A stretch of 64,000 nucleotides of DNA from an uncultured Clostridia bacterium (GCA_944391855.1 CALXVB010000005.1:119-64118), one strand, 5' to 3'; shown: positions 45,217 to 55,621, counted from the first letter of the stretch. Made by a program: numbers and translations. The notes: generated by a model not told the origin, from the sequence alone.

Positions 45217-45954
45217 TTATGGTAAAAAAATTTTATGATTTATGAACTCTATTCTTTTTGAAAATTCTAATAAATTATTTGTATTATTTAGGTAAAGTCT
45301 ACGGACTGTTCCTGCTACTAAATCAGAAGCTTGAATTAGGTAACTTTTTTCAGACTTTTGATAACAAACGTCTACCTCTAAATCAGAATTTACTATTGGC
45401 GTATTAAAATAACTATAGTTATAATTAAAAATCCCGTATTTTAATTCTTCAATAATGCCATCACGTAGATTATAATATCCATTAGTTTTAGTTGTTTGCT
45501 CATCAATATTTATTACTAATTTAATTGGTAAATCTGGATTTATTTTATTTTCTTTAATCATATTCTTTACTACTTGCTTTATTAACAACTTTAGCGAATA
45601 ATCTAAAAATCTGCCTCTAGAAGCAGTATCTGCTTTGATATTTGGATATACTTTATCATTATTTATTATACAACATATTGTGGAATATTTTTTGATATAA
45701 TTCATAAGTTGTCTATTATGTTTAGCTTTTAACATATTATGTTTTAATTCAGGGCAAGATTTATTACTTTTACAAACCACAATATTCTCATTGCAATATT
45801 TACATTTTATATTTTGTACAATACTGCGATATTGAGTAATGAATTTATCTTTTTCTTTTTTTGATGCAAAGACTAATCCTGCATAAATAGAGACTTTTTC
45901 AGTATCTACTAGTTTTCCAGAATCATCAATATTGATATATAAAACTTGATTCAT
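45217..45954 (-). CDS. DUF3800 family protein
   Basis: N-terminal YINIDDSGK and C-terminal LIQASDLVAG hallmarks. Cys cluster CKYC-x6-C-x5-C. SD aaaggag. Confidence 0.65.
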   Translation of the reverse strand: MNQVLYINIDDSGKLVDTEKVSIYAGLVFASKKEKDKFITQYRSIVQNIKCKYCNENIVVCKSNKSCPELKHNMLKAKHNRQLMNYIKKYSTICCIINNDKVYPNIKADTASRGRFLDYSLKLLIKQVVKNMIKENKINPDLPIKLVINIDEQTTKTNGYYNLRDGIIEELKYGIFNYNYSYFNTPIVNSDLEVDVCYQKSEKSYLIQASDLVAGTVRRLYLNNTNNLLEFSKRIEFINHKIFLP

Positions 45955-46039
45955 TATTTTAGTTCTCCTTTAACTTATAGTGTAAATGTATTTTACTATA
46001 AATAGTCAATTATGTAAATAGAAAAACAGATATTAAGTC

Positions 46040-46068
46040 TTGTAAATTACATAAAAATCGTATATAAT
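46040..46068 (+). promoter_or_regulatory. Sigma-A promoter of gltX
   Basis: TTGTAA - 17 nt - TATAAT. Confidence 0.6.
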
Positions 46069-46103
46069 ATACGATATATTTTATGTAAAAGAGAGGGAGA
46101 TTT

Positions 46104-47756
46104 ATGAATTATAAGGATTTAGCAGATTTAATATTTCCAAATGCAAAGGATATATCATACTACGAAGAGAAATATCCTGAAAGAGATTTGCCAGAAGGTG
46201 CAGTTGTATCTAGATTTGCACCAAGTCCAACAGGCTTTGTTCACGTGGGTGGGCTTTATCAAGCTTTAGTTGCAAAAGAAATGACTAGAAAAACTGGAGG
46301 AGTATTTTTCTTAAGAGTTGAAGATACAGACCAAAAAAGAGAAGTTGAAAACGGTGTAACAGATATAGTAAATTCTTTAAAAGATTTTGATATATTTCCA
46401 GATGAAGGCATGATTTCTGAAACAGAGGAAAAGGGAAATTATGGACCATATAAGCAATCACAAAGAAAAGATATTTATGAGGCTTATGCTAAATATTTGC
46501 TAGAGCAAGGAAAGGCATACCCATGTTTTTGCACTGCGGAAGAAGTTGAAGAGATAAGAAAAAAACAAGAAGCTGCAAAAATAAGACCAGGCTATTATGG
46601 AGTATGGGCAAAATGCAGAAATTTAAGCACAGAAGAAGCGGCAGAAAAAATAAAAAATGGGGAAAAGTATATTATTAGATTTAAATCTCCAGGAAGAGAA
46701 GATAGAAAAATTAAACACCATGATATAATAAAAGGAAATGTAGATTTTCCAGAAAATGACCAAGATATAGTTATAATAAAAGCAGATGGACTTCCAACAT
46801 ATCATTTTGCACATGCAGTAGATGACCATCTAATGAGAACAACACATATAATACGTAGTGATGAGTGGTTATCTTCAGTTCCTTTACATTTACAATTATT
46901 CCATGAGTTAGGATTTAAAACACCTAAATATGCACATATTTCTCCAATCATGAAAAATGATAATGGAAATAAACGTAAATTAAGTAAAAGAAAAGATCCT
47001 GAAGCAGCTGTAAGCTACTATAAAGAAGAGGGAATACCAGTAGAAGCTGTTAAAGAATATCTTTTAAATATTGCAAATTCTACATTTGAAAACTGGAGAA
47101 GAGCAAATCCAGATAAAGCATTAGAAGAGTTTGATTTTAACTTAAATAAAATGAGTGTAAGTGGTGCTCTATTTGATATGGTTAAACTATTAGACATAGG
47201 AAAAACTGTTATTTCAAGGATGAGTGCAGAAGAAGTGTATGAAAACGCTTTAAAATGGGCAAAAGAATATGATAAAGAGCTAGAAAAAATGTTAGAAAAT
47301 AAGGAATATGCATTAAAAGTATTTGGAATAGAAAGAGGAAATAAAAAGCCTAGAAAAGATATTTCAAAGTGGTCAGAAGTAAAATCAAATATTGAATATA
47401 TGTATGATAATTATTTCTTCTCTAAAGAAATAGAATATCCATATCAAGTAATAAATGATAGAGAGGATATACACAATATCTTAAAATTATATATAGAAAA
47501 ATATTATGACGAAAATGATGACAAACAAACATGGTTTGATAAAATAAAAGAATTATCAGGAGAGCTTGGATATGCTAAAGAAGTAAAAGAATATAAGGCA
47601 AATCCAGATGCATATAAAGCTCATGTTGGAGACGTAAGTACTGTATTAAGAGTTGCATTAACAGGAAGAACAAATACACCAGACATGTATGAAATAATGC
47701 AAGTATTGGGAAAAGAAAGTGTTGCAAAAAGATTAACTAAGGCTATGGAAAAATAG
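46104..47756 (+). CDS. gltX: Glutamate--tRNA ligase (long, 550-aa form)
   Basis: RFAPSPTGFVHVGG (HIGH-type motif) and KLSKRK (KMSKS-type motif). Confidence 0.9.
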   Translation: MNYKDLADLIFPNAKDISYYEEKYPERDLPEGAVVSRFAPSPTGFVHVGGLYQALVAKEMTRKTGGVFFLRVEDTDQKREVENGVTDIVNSLKDFDIFPDEGMISETEEKGNYGPYKQSQRKDIYEAYAKYLLEQGKAYPCFCTAEEVEEIRKKQEAAKIRPGYYGVWAKCRNLSTEEAAEKIKNGEKYIIRFKSPGREDRKIKHHDIIKGNVDFPENDQDIVIIKADGLPTYHFAHAVDDHLMRTTHIIRSDEWLSSVPLHLQLFHELGFKTPKYAHISPIMKNDNGNKRKLSKRKDPEAAVSYYKEEGIPVEAVKEYLLNIANSTFENWRRANPDKALEEFDFNLNKMSVSGALFDMVKLLDIGKTVISRMSAEEVYENALKWAKEYDKELEKMLENKEYALKVFGIERGNKKPRKDISKWSEVKSNIEYMYDNYFFSKEIEYPYQVINDREDIHNILKLYIEKYYDENDDKQTWFDKIKELSGELGYAKEVKEYKANPDAYKAHVGDVSTVLRVALTGRTNTPDMYEIMQVLGKESVAKRLTKAMEK

Positions 47757-47783
47757 GAATAATATAACAAGGAGAAAGCTATA

Positions 47784-47987
47784 ATGGAATATAATGTAGG
47801 AGATATAGTGAGAACTAAAAAAGTTCACCCATGTGGTAGTAAATTATGGGAAATAACTAGAGTAGGTGTAGACTTCAAACTTAAGTGTTTAGGTTGTGGG
47901 CATACCATAATGTTAGAAAGACCAAAAGCATTAAAAATTATAGTGAAAAAAATAGAAAATAATGAATTACAAAAAGAAGATTCTTAA
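47784..47987 (+). CDS. DUF951 family small protein
   Basis: VGDIVRTKKVHPCGS..WEI.RVG.D.KLKCLGCGH pattern. Confidence 0.75.
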   Translation: MEYNVGDIVRTKKVHPCGSKLWEITRVGVDFKLKCLGCGHTIMLERPKALKIIVKKIENNELQKEDS

Positions 47988-48084
47988 AATAGAATCTTCT
48001 TTTTGGATATTAAGCTTTTAAAACTATAAAATTTATTAGTTTAACTTTTATTATTACAAATTAAAATAAAAGTTTGAAGCTTTA

Positions 48085-48669
48085 TTAATTCAAATATTTT
48101 CCTATTATCTCCCAAGCAGTATCTGTATATATTTTTCTTTCAGAAGAAAAAGGAATAAATTTCAAATCTTTTAATGGATTTAACTCTTGTTGTAAATCTG
48201 TAACAGCATTATCTACTTTAGTAATGGCTATTTTATCAGCTTTATTAGCTATAACGACGCAAGGCCTTTCAGAATCTATAATATATCTGTACATTAATCT
48301 ATCGTTTTCAGTTGGTGAGTGTCTAATGTCAATTAGAAATATTATTAAAGCAATATCTTTACAAGTACTTAAATACTCTTCAATAAAGCTACCAACTCGA
48401 ACTTGCTCTTGTTTAGACATTTTACTATATCCATAACCTGGCAAATCTACGAAATAGAATTTATTATCCATATTATAGAAATTTATTTGTCTAGTTTTTC
48501 CTGGCTCGCTACTAGTTCTTGCAAGTTTCTTCCTATTTACCATTGTATTAATAAAAGAAGATTTTCCAACATTGGATTTACCTACTAACACAATTTGAGG
48601 TAAACCATCTGTAGGATACTGTTTAGGACTAACGGCCGATATTTTAAATTCTGGATTTTTTATTATCAT
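48085..48669 (-). CDS. engB: Ribosome biogenesis GTPase EngB/YsxC
   Basis: GKSNVGKSSFIN (G1), DLPGYGY (G3), NKADK (G4). Confidence 0.9.
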   Translation of the reverse strand: MIIKNPEFKISAVSPKQYPTDGLPQIVLVGKSNVGKSSFINTMVNRKKLARTSSEPGKTRQINFYNMDNKFYFVDLPGYGYSKMSKQEQVRVGSFIEEYLSTCKDIALIIFLIDIRHSPTENDRLMYRYIIDSERPCVVIANKADKIAITKVDNAVTDLQQELNPLKDLKFIPFSSERKIYTDTAWEIIGKYLN

Positions 48670-48689
48670 AACTTACTCCTATCAAAACT

Positions 48690-48716
48690 GGAACAAATTG
48701 TGTGTCCTCTTGTTCC
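48690..48716 (-). repeat. REP-like hairpin, family C, solo copy C3 (intercistronic between serS and engB)
   Basis: GGAACAA-ATTGTGTGTCCTC-TTGTTCC. One-arm equivalent of the 26043-26102 palindrome. Confidence 0.7.
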
Positions 48717-48722
48717 AAATAT

Positions 48723-50009
48723 TTATTTTTTTGGTACTAATTTCTCTGTTCCACCCATATATGGACGAAGAACTTCTGGAATATTTACACTACCATCTTC
48801 ATTGTAGTTGTTTTCTAAGAATGCAATTAACATACGAGGTGGGGCAACTACAGTATTATTTAATGTGTGTGCATAGTAATTTCCTTTTTCGCCTTTTATT
48901 CTAATTCCTAATCTTCTTGCTTGTGCATCTGTTAGGTTAGAACAACTTCCAACTTCAAAATATTTTTTCTGTCTTGGACTCCAAGCTTCTACGTCACAAC
49001 TTTTAGCTTTTAAATCAGCTAAATCTCCACTACAACATTCAAGAGTTCTAACAGGTATATCCATGCTTCTAAATAGTTCTACTGTATATGACCATAATTT
49101 GTCATACCATTTCCAGCTATCTTCTGGCTCACATACAACTATCATTTCTTGTTTTTCGAATTGATGGATACGATATACACCACGTTCTTCTATACCGTGA
49201 GCACCTTTTTCTTTTCTGAAACATGGTGAGTAAGAAGTCATAGTATATGGCATATCTGCCTTTTGAAGTATTTGTCCTTTAAATTTTCCTATCATAGAAT
49301 GCTCACTAGTTCCGATTAAGTACAAGTCTTCACCCTCTATTTTATACATCATTGCATCCATTTCTTCAAAGCTCATAACACCTGTAACAACGTCACTACG
49401 TATCATGTATGGTGGTATGCAGTAAGTAAACCCTTTATTTATCATAAAGTCTCTTGCATAAGATAAAATCGCAGAATGAAGTCTAGCAATATCTCCCATT
49501 AAATAGTAAAAACCATTTCCTGCAACTCTACGAGCAGAGTCTAAATCTAAGCCATTAAAACTTTCCATTATGTCTGCATGATATGGAATTTCATAATTTG
49601 GAACTACAGGTTCTCCAAATTTTTCTATTTCAACATTTTTACTGTCATCTTCGCCTATCGGAACAGACTCGTGAATTATATTTGGAATTTTCATCATTCT
49701 TTCTGTTATTTGGCTAGAATATTCAGCTTCTAATTTTTCATTTTCTTCAAGCTTCTTATTTATTTCTTGTACTTCAGCTTTTATTTTTTCAGCTTCATCT
49801 TTTTTTCCATTTTTCATTAGGCTACCAATGTCAGAACTTAAGGAGTTTCTTTTCATCCTTAACTCATCACCTGCAAGTTTTGCATCTCTGTTTTTCTTAT
49901 CAAGATCTAAAACTTCATCAACTAAAACAAGTTTATGATTTTGAAATTTTTTCTTGATATTTTCCTTTACAATTTCAGGATTTTCTCTTAAAAATTTAAT
50001 GTCTATCAT
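48723..50009 (-). CDS. serS: Serine--tRNA ligase
   Basis: N-terminal coiled coil MIDIKFLRENPE. Class II motifs (FRKE.G..G..RVHQF, GSG.A..R). Confidence 0.95.
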   Translation of the reverse strand: MIDIKFLRENPEIVKENIKKKFQNHKLVLVDEVLDLDKKNRDAKLAGDELRMKRNSLSSDIGSLMKNGKKDEAEKIKAEVQEINKKLEENEKLEAEYSSQITERMMKIPNIIHESVPIGEDDSKNVEIEKFGEPVVPNYEIPYHADIMESFNGLDLDSARRVAGNGFYYLMGDIARLHSAILSYARDFMINKGFTYCIPPYMIRSDVVTGVMSFEEMDAMMYKIEGEDLYLIGTSEHSMIGKFKGQILQKADMPYTMTSYSPCFRKEKGAHGIEERGVYRIHQFEKQEMIVVCEPEDSWKWYDKLWSYTVELFRSMDIPVRTLECCSGDLADLKAKSCDVEAWSPRQKKYFEVGSCSNLTDAQARRLGIRIKGEKGNYYAHTLNNTVVAPPRMLIAFLENNYNEDGSVNIPEVLRPYMGGTEKLVPKK

Positions 50010-50107
50010 ATTTACCTCCTTAAATGATATAATTAATATAATTAACTAAAGTAAAAGAAAAGAATATATTTACTTTTAGTATAAAGCAAATTATTAAATT
50101 TTAAACA

Positions 50108-50352
50108 AAATGATAACATGGTAAAATAAAACCCTTATGTAATAAAACATAAGGGCGAATTTATCTATACGCGGTACCACCTTAATTATTCAAAATTAAT
50201 TGACAACTCTAAAATGCTTATAACCTAGCATTACTCGGTTTTATTTTCATAAAAAGCTCTAAAAGTAGATTCATAAAATATTTTAAACTATTTACACCAA
50301 CCATAGTCTCTCTATATAAAATTAATTTTACTACTAGTCTTTTATCAAACGC
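50108..50352 (-). promoter_or_regulatory. T-box leader, serine specifier
   Basis: Minus-strand read: GATAAAAG..AGTA, AGAGAG, GGTTGGTG distal loop. Specifier GAA-TCT-A (TCT = 50267-50269). T-box core AAGGTGGTACCGCG (rc of 50170-50183). Terminator 50131-50157 plus a U run. Confidence 0.85.
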
Positions 50353-50372
50353 TTTTAAATAATAACAATAAT

Positions 50373-50401
50373 ATTCTATCATTATTTTAGGAAAAAATCA
50401 A
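50373..50401 (-). promoter_or_regulatory. Sigma-A promoter of the serS leader
   Basis: Minus strand TTGATT - 17 nt - TAGAAT. Confidence 0.55.
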
Positions 50402-50458
50402 GAAAATATGAATAATTTTGTAAAACACGAATATAATGGTAATAATTAGTTTAAAGGT

Positions 50459-50746
50459 ATGGAGGAATTTATGTTATACGAAGGATATATAAGCGAAGAT
50501 AGAATAGAAGATAAGTCTGAGGATGAAAAAAATTTAGAATTAATAGTAAGCATAATAAAAACAAAAAACGAATTAGATTCTGCTCAAAAAAATTTCGAAT
50601 TTGCAGAGGAAGGTCTTATAGATTACTATTCATATCAGATAAAAGCAAATCAAACAAAACTTGACTATTTAATGAAAAAGGCACAGAAAAAGGGAATTGT
50701 ACTAGATATGATAAATGAAATTTATATAAGGAAAAATAAAGCTTAA
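50459..50746 (+). CDS. DUF2508 (YaaL-like) protein
   Basis: ..ELDSAQKNFEFAEEGLIDYYSYQIKANQTKLDYLMKKAQKKG pattern, and its position immediately before bofA as in Bacillus. Confidence 0.7.
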   Translation: MEEFMLYEGYISEDRIEDKSEDEKNLELIVSIIKTKNELDSAQKNFEFAEEGLIDYYSYQIKANQTKLDYLMKKAQKKGIVLDMINEIYIRKNKA

Positions 50747-50811
50747 AAGCATAAATAAAAGTAATATTTGTCCAAAGTAAATCATAAAAATTAATAAAGA
50801 GGTGATTAACT

Positions 50812-51081
50812 TTGGATTTTAATATAATTATAACTTTTTTAACTTGCATAATTGTTTTATTTATATTTGGAAAAATATTTATTATGCCACTTAAAAGTAT
50901 ATTAAAATTAATATTTAATTCAATACTTGGTGGAGTATGTATATATGTTATTAACCTAATAGGTGCAAATTTTGGATTTCATATAGGATTAAACATATTA
51001 ACCTCTATGCTGGTGGGAATATTAGGTATTCCTGGTGCAATTTTGCTAATAATTTTAAAAATTATTTTACGGTTAAAATAA
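50812..51081 (+). CDS. bofA: Pro-sigma-K processing inhibitor BofA
   Basis: TTG start 9 nt after aagagg. Two TM segments, with ..NSILGGVCIYVINL..GLNILTSMLVGILGIPG. Confidence 0.8.
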   Translation: MDFNIIITFLTCIIVLFIFGKIFIMPLKSILKLIFNSILGGVCIYVINLIGANFGFHIGLNILTSMLVGILGIPGAILLIILKIILRLK

Positions 51082-51118
51082 AGGAGTCTTTTAAGACTCC
51101 TTTTAAGATTATTTAGTA

Positions 51119-52972
51119 TTATTCAACAGTTACTGATTTAGCAAGGTTACGTGGTTTGTCTACGTCTAATCCTTTAAATTTAGCTATATAATATGATATA
51201 AGTTGCATTGGAATAACAGATAATATAGGTGAAATTAAAGGATTTGTTTTTGGTATATTTATTATAAAATCAAAATGACTATTAGGAAGTATTTGATTTG
51301 TAATAACTAAAGTTTTAGCACCCCTTGTAATTACTTCTTGAATATTACTTATAGACTTTTCAAGCAATTTATCATCAGTTATTATTCCAATAACTGTTAC
51401 TCCATTTTCAATAAGAGCTATCGGACCATGTTTTAATTCTCCTGCTGCATATGCTTCAGAATGTATATATGTTATTTCTTTTAATTTTAAAGAACCTTCC
51501 AAAGAAACATTGTAATCTGTGCCTCTTCCTAAAAAGAACATATCTTTTTCTGTATATACTTTTTTGGCAAAATCTTTAATTACCTCAGTATTATCTAATA
51601 TTTGTTCTATTTTAGAAGGTAAATCTATCATATCAGCTTTTAAATTTTCAATAACTTCTTTATTAGAACTATCTAATATTTCTGCAAAATGCATAGCTAA
51701 AATAGCAATTAAAACTACTTGGGAAGTATATGCTTTTGTAGAAGCAACAGCAATTTCGGGACCAGCATGTGTGTATATAGAGTAATCTGCTTCTCTTGTA
51801 ATAGAACTTCCAATAACATTTGAAATAGCAATGGTTTTAGCATTTTTTTGTTTAGCCAATTTTAGTGCTGCTATTGTATCAGCAGTTTCACCAGATTGAC
51901 TAATATATATGCATAAAGTATTTTCATCAATAAGAGGGTCTCTATATCTAAATTCAGATGCAACTTCTACCGTTGTTGGAATTTTGCAAAGTTTTTCAAT
52001 TAATGTTTTTCCAGTTAGTCCTGCATGCATTGCTGTACCACATGCAACAATATATATCTTATTAACTTTACTTAAATACTCCTTTGATATTTCTATATCG
52101 TCAAAAGAACATTTTTCTCCTAAACGAAATCTTGAACCAATAGTTTCTCTAATAGCTGTAGGTTGCTCAAATATTTCTTTTAACATATAATCTTCATATC
52201 CATCTTTTCCTGCCGCATTAGCGTCCCATTCAATATTCTTAATAGGTTTATTGTGTTCTTGAAGGCTGCTATCAAAAAATGTAACAGTATTTTTAGTAAC
52301 AACAGCAAATTCGTTATCATCTAGTAAATAAAAATCTTTTGTATATTTTAATATAGCTGGAATATCTGATGCTATATAATTTTCATTTGAGCCTTTTCCG
52401 ATAACTAAAGGACTATCCTTTCTAACTACAATTATTTCTTCTGGACATAAAGGAGAAATAACTTCTATTGCATAACTTCCTTTTAAATCCTGTACAGCAT
52501 TTTTTACAGCTGATAAAAGTTTTTCCTTAATATCTTTTATAACAGATACAGGTCCATTTGAGTAATGGTAATGAATTAAGTTTGGAATAACCTCAGTATC
52601 TGTTTGAGAAATAAAGCTATATCCTTTTGAAATTAAAAATTCTTTTAAGTCTGCATAATTCTCTATAATACCATTGTGAACAACAGCAAATGTATTACTA
52701 TTATCCATATGTGGATGAGAGTTTTCTTTAGATGGCCTGCCATGAGTTGCCCATCTAGTATGAGCAATTCCAACAGATCCTTCTAAATCATTTATTCCTT
52801 CTAAATTATATAAATTATTTACTCTGCCTTTATCCTTCATAACTTTTATCACGTCTTTTTCGATAGTTGCAATTCCAGCAGAATCATAACCTCTGTATTC
52901 CAATGATAAAAGACCATCTATTAAAATAGGTGTAGCTTTTTTGCTACCAACGTATCCTACAATACCACACAT
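51119..52972 (-). CDS. glmS: Glutamine--fructose-6-phosphate aminotransferase
   Basis: N-terminal MCGIVGY, two SIS domains, C-terminal KSVTVE. Confidence 0.95.
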   Translation of the reverse strand: MCGIVGYVGSKKATPILIDGLLSLEYRGYDSAGIATIEKDVIKVMKDKGRVNNLYNLEGINDLEGSVGIAHTRWATHGRPSKENSHPHMDNSNTFAVVHNGIIENYADLKEFLISKGYSFISQTDTEVIPNLIHYHYSNGPVSVIKDIKEKLLSAVKNAVQDLKGSYAIEVISPLCPEEIIVVRKDSPLVIGKGSNENYIASDIPAILKYTKDFYLLDDNEFAVVTKNTVTFFDSSLQEHNKPIKNIEWDANAAGKDGYEDYMLKEIFEQPTAIRETIGSRFRLGEKCSFDDIEISKEYLSKVNKIYIVACGTAMHAGLTGKTLIEKLCKIPTTVEVASEFRYRDPLIDENTLCIYISQSGETADTIAALKLAKQKNAKTIAISNVIGSSITREADYSIYTHAGPEIAVASTKAYTSQVVLIAILAMHFAEILDSSNKEVIENLKADMIDLPSKIEQILDNTEVIKDFAKKVYTEKDMFFLGRGTDYNVSLEGSLKLKEITYIHSEAYAAGELKHGPIALIENGVTVIGIITDDKLLEKSISNIQEVITRGAKTLVITNQILPNSHFDFIINIPKTNPLISPILSVIPMQLISYYIAKFKGLDVDKPRNLAKSVTVE

Positions 52973-53049
52973 AAAAAATACCTCCTTAATATGTAAAATA
53001 TACTAAAGCATTTAATATATCCTATTTTTTAAGAAAGCATTACAAATAA

Positions 53050-53203
53050 AGATTACTCTATTAGCTTTGTATACTTGTATTACTACAAGGCTTTGACTAA
53101 TATTTATGGCAGTAATCGTATGCCAAGAGACCATCCGCCGAATCTTTCGATAAGCCTCTACCTCGTCAACACAAACCAAATAATTATTGTGTCCAGGCGC
53201 TTA
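53050..53203 (-). ncRNA. glmS ribozyme
   Basis: Minus-strand read: AGCGCCTGGAC ... TTGACGAGGTAGAGGCTTATCGAAAGATTCGGCGGATGGTCTCTTGGC matches the conserved glmS ribozyme core. Lies directly upstream of glmS. Confidence 0.85.
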
Positions 53204-53458
53204 AAATAAACAAAAACTCCTTTCTTCTAATTCTTCTAATATAGATTATTTGTAAAGCTATTCTTAAGTTATGGTAGTATATTACTATAAATCTGAAAAT
53301 GTGTCAAATATGGAAAAATATTATGTAAATATGTGAATTTAGCTTGCTTTTTTTAAAAAATAGTGTTAAAATAGTTAATGTTATAAAATAGCGTTAGCTA
53401 TTTTTTCCTTACTTATGACTAGTTCATAGGTTATAATCCCAAGAGGAGGTGAAGTGTA

Positions 53459-53737
53459 ATGAATAAATACGAAAGTGTTGTCATTATTAACCCTAATGTT
53501 GAAGAAAATGCTCTAAAAGAGTTAATCGAAAGATTTCAAACATTAATTAATACTGACGGTAAAGTAGAACAAGTTAATGAATTAGGAAAGAAAAAATTAG
53601 CTTATGAAATTAAGAAAAACAAAGAAGGATATTATGTAGTATACGACTTTGAAGCTAATCCAAGTCTAATTGCAGAACTTGAGAGAAACTATAGAATTAC
53701 TGATGAAGTAATCAAATTTATAGTTGTGAAAAAATAG
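53459..53737 (+). CDS. rpsF: 30S ribosomal protein S6
   Basis: MNKYESVVIINPN.. and operon context with ssb and rpsR. Confidence 0.95.
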   Translation: MNKYESVVIINPNVEENALKELIERFQTLINTDGKVEQVNELGKKKLAYEIKKNKEGYYVVYDFEANPSLIAELERNYRITDEVIKFIVVKK

Positions 53738-53793
53738 TAATAAATTTACTAAACCCATTTCGGGGGCCTTAAGAAAGGTAAAAGGTGTAAAAT

Positions 53794-54222
53794 ATGAACA
53801 AAGTAATTTTAATGGGAAGATTAACTAGAGACCCAGAAGTAAGATATACTCAAACAAGTAATACACTTGTAGCTTCTTTTAGTTTAGCAGTTAATAGAAG
53901 ATTTGTAAGACAAGGAGAAGAAAGACAAGCGGATTTCATAAATGTAGTAGCTTGGGGAAAACTTGGAGAATTTTGTAGTAAATATTACAAAAAAGGTCAA
54001 CAAGTTGCAATAACAGGAAGAATACAAACTAGAACATGGGATGACGAACAAGGTCAAAAACATTATGTAACAGAAGTTGTTGCAGAAGAAGCATATTTTG
54101 CAGACAGCAAAAGAGAAGGAGACGCAGGTTCTAGTAGTTTTGATGCTACATTTGGTGCAATGCCAAATGCTGGTGGAAATTCAGACTTTGAGATATCTTC
54201 AGGAGACGATTTACCATTTTAG
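53794..54222 (+). CDS. ssb: Single-stranded DNA-binding protein
   Basis: MNKVILMGRLTRDPEVRYT OB fold. Acidic C-terminal tip DDLPF. Confidence 0.95.
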   Translation: MNKVILMGRLTRDPEVRYTQTSNTLVASFSLAVNRRFVRQGEERQADFINVVAWGKLGEFCSKYYKKGQQVAITGRIQTRTWDDEQGQKHYVTEVVAEEAYFADSKREGDAGSSSFDATFGAMPNAGGNSDFEISSGDDLPF

Positions 54223-54278
54223 TATTGATGAAAAAATATGAGAAAGTATAAAATTAAAAGCAAAGGGGGTAAAGACAA

Positions 54279-54563
54279 ATGGCAGACAATAAGAGAAATA
54301 AAAAGAATAATAGAAATAATAATTCTGATAGTGATTATAATCCAAAATTCAGAAAAATGAGAAAGAAAGTATGTCCTTTATGTGCAGATAAAGATTTAGT
54401 TTTAGATTACAAAAATGCTGAACAAATAAGAAAATTTGTTAATGATAAAGGAAAAATACTTCCAAGAAGAGCAACAGGTGCTTGTGCAAAGCATCAAAGA
54501 GATATAACATTAGCAGTAAAAAGAGCAAGACAAATAGCAGTATTACCATATACAGCTGAATAA
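54279..54563 (+). CDS. rpsR: 30S ribosomal protein S18
   Basis: KKVCPLC..IDYKN...LRKF. .GKILPRR.TG.CAKHQR. Confidence 0.95.
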   Translation: MADNKRNKKNNRNNNSDSDYNPKFRKMRKKVCPLCADKDLVLDYKNAEQIRKFVNDKGKILPRRATGACAKHQRDITLAVKRARQIAVLPYTAE

Positions 54564-54590
54564 TTAAAATATGTAATATAATATTAAAAA

Positions 54591-54636
54591 AGTATAAGTG
54601 CTTAAATTAAATAAAATTCACTTATACTTTTTATTT
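54591..54636 (+). terminator. Terminator after rpsR
   Basis: AGTATAAGTG ... CACTTATACT followed by TTTTATTTT. Confidence 0.75.
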
Positions 54637-54718
54637 TGTGCCAAAAAAAGAGGTTGAAAAACAGTACAAAAAATGGTATTATTGTATATGTATAAAAATA
54701 AAAAAAGGAAGAAATTTA

Positions 54719-55621
54719 ATGAAAAAATATTTGAAATATATTATAGCTATAATAGTGATTGTATTAATTATTACAACACTTGTTATATTAAATATAAATA
54801 GAAATAGAGAAAAGAAGCAAGAAAGTAATACTACAAAAGTAGTTACATCATTTTACCCAATGTATATAATAGCAGAAAATTTAATAGATGGTGCAAACAA
54901 TGTGGAACTTGAAAATATGGCTGACGTAAATGTTGGATGCTTGCATGACTATACATTAATGACAGAAGATATAAAAAAAGTGGAAGAAGCGGATATATTT
55001 ATCTCAAATGGTTTGGGAATGGAAAGCTTTATTGATAAACTAATAGAGGCAAATTCTAATATGAAAGTCATAGACTCGAGCAAAGATATTGAAAATGCAA
55101 TAAATTCTGAAGAAGAAACAAATCCACATATTTGGACAAGTATAGACAACTATATATTACAGGTGCAAACAATTGCAAGTGGACTAAAGGAATATAACCC
55201 AGAGAATAAAGATATCTATGAAGAAAATGAAAAAGCATATGTAGATGAATTAGAAAACTTAAAAAATAAGTTTGATGGAGAGCTAAATGATTTAGAAGGA
55301 AAGAAAGCGGTATGTCTAAATGAAGCTTTTGAATATATGGGTGAAGAACTAGGGGTAGAACTTCTAACTGTTGAAACAGACCATGAAGAAAGTACAATGT
55401 CTGCAGAAATGCTAAAGAATATAATAGATATAGTAAAAGAAGAAAATATAGACATTATTATTATAGATAAAAATGATAATAAGTCAAATGCTGAAACAAT
55501 AGCAAATGAAACAGGTGCAAAAATATATGAACTAAATTCTGGTTTAACAGGCAATTTAGATAAAGATGCATATATTAAGCAAATGGAAGAAAATATAGAT
55601 ATATTAAAAAATACAAACTAA
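54719..55621 (+). CDS. Metal (Zn/Mn-type) ABC transporter substrate-binding lipoprotein, TroA/ZnuA family
   Basis: ATG 54719 after the SD aaaggaag. Signal-anchor segment, then VVTSFYPMY..CLHDY..NPHIW metal-binding His context. Confidence 0.8.
   Translation: MKKYLKYIIAIIVIVLIITTLVILNINRNREKKQESNTTKVVTSFYPMYIIAENLIDGANNVELENMADVNVGCLHDYTLMTEDIKKVEEADIFISNGLGMESFIDKLIEANSNMKVIDSSKDIENAINSEEETNPHIWTSIDNYILQVQTIASGLKEYNPENKDIYEENEKAYVDELENLKNKFDGELNDLEGKKAVCLNEAFEYMGEELGVELLTVETDHEESTMSAEMLKNIIDIVKEENIDIIIIDKNDNKSNAETIANETGAKIYELNSGLTGNLDKDAYIKQMEENIDILKNTN

Noticed and set aside
45955-46103. T-box leader upstream of gltX, and likewise upstream of trpS at 57299-57399
   Set aside because: No GGGTGGTACCGCG-like core or terminator/antiterminator pair is present. 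The spacers are too short and are occupied by a promoter or by the family E repeat.
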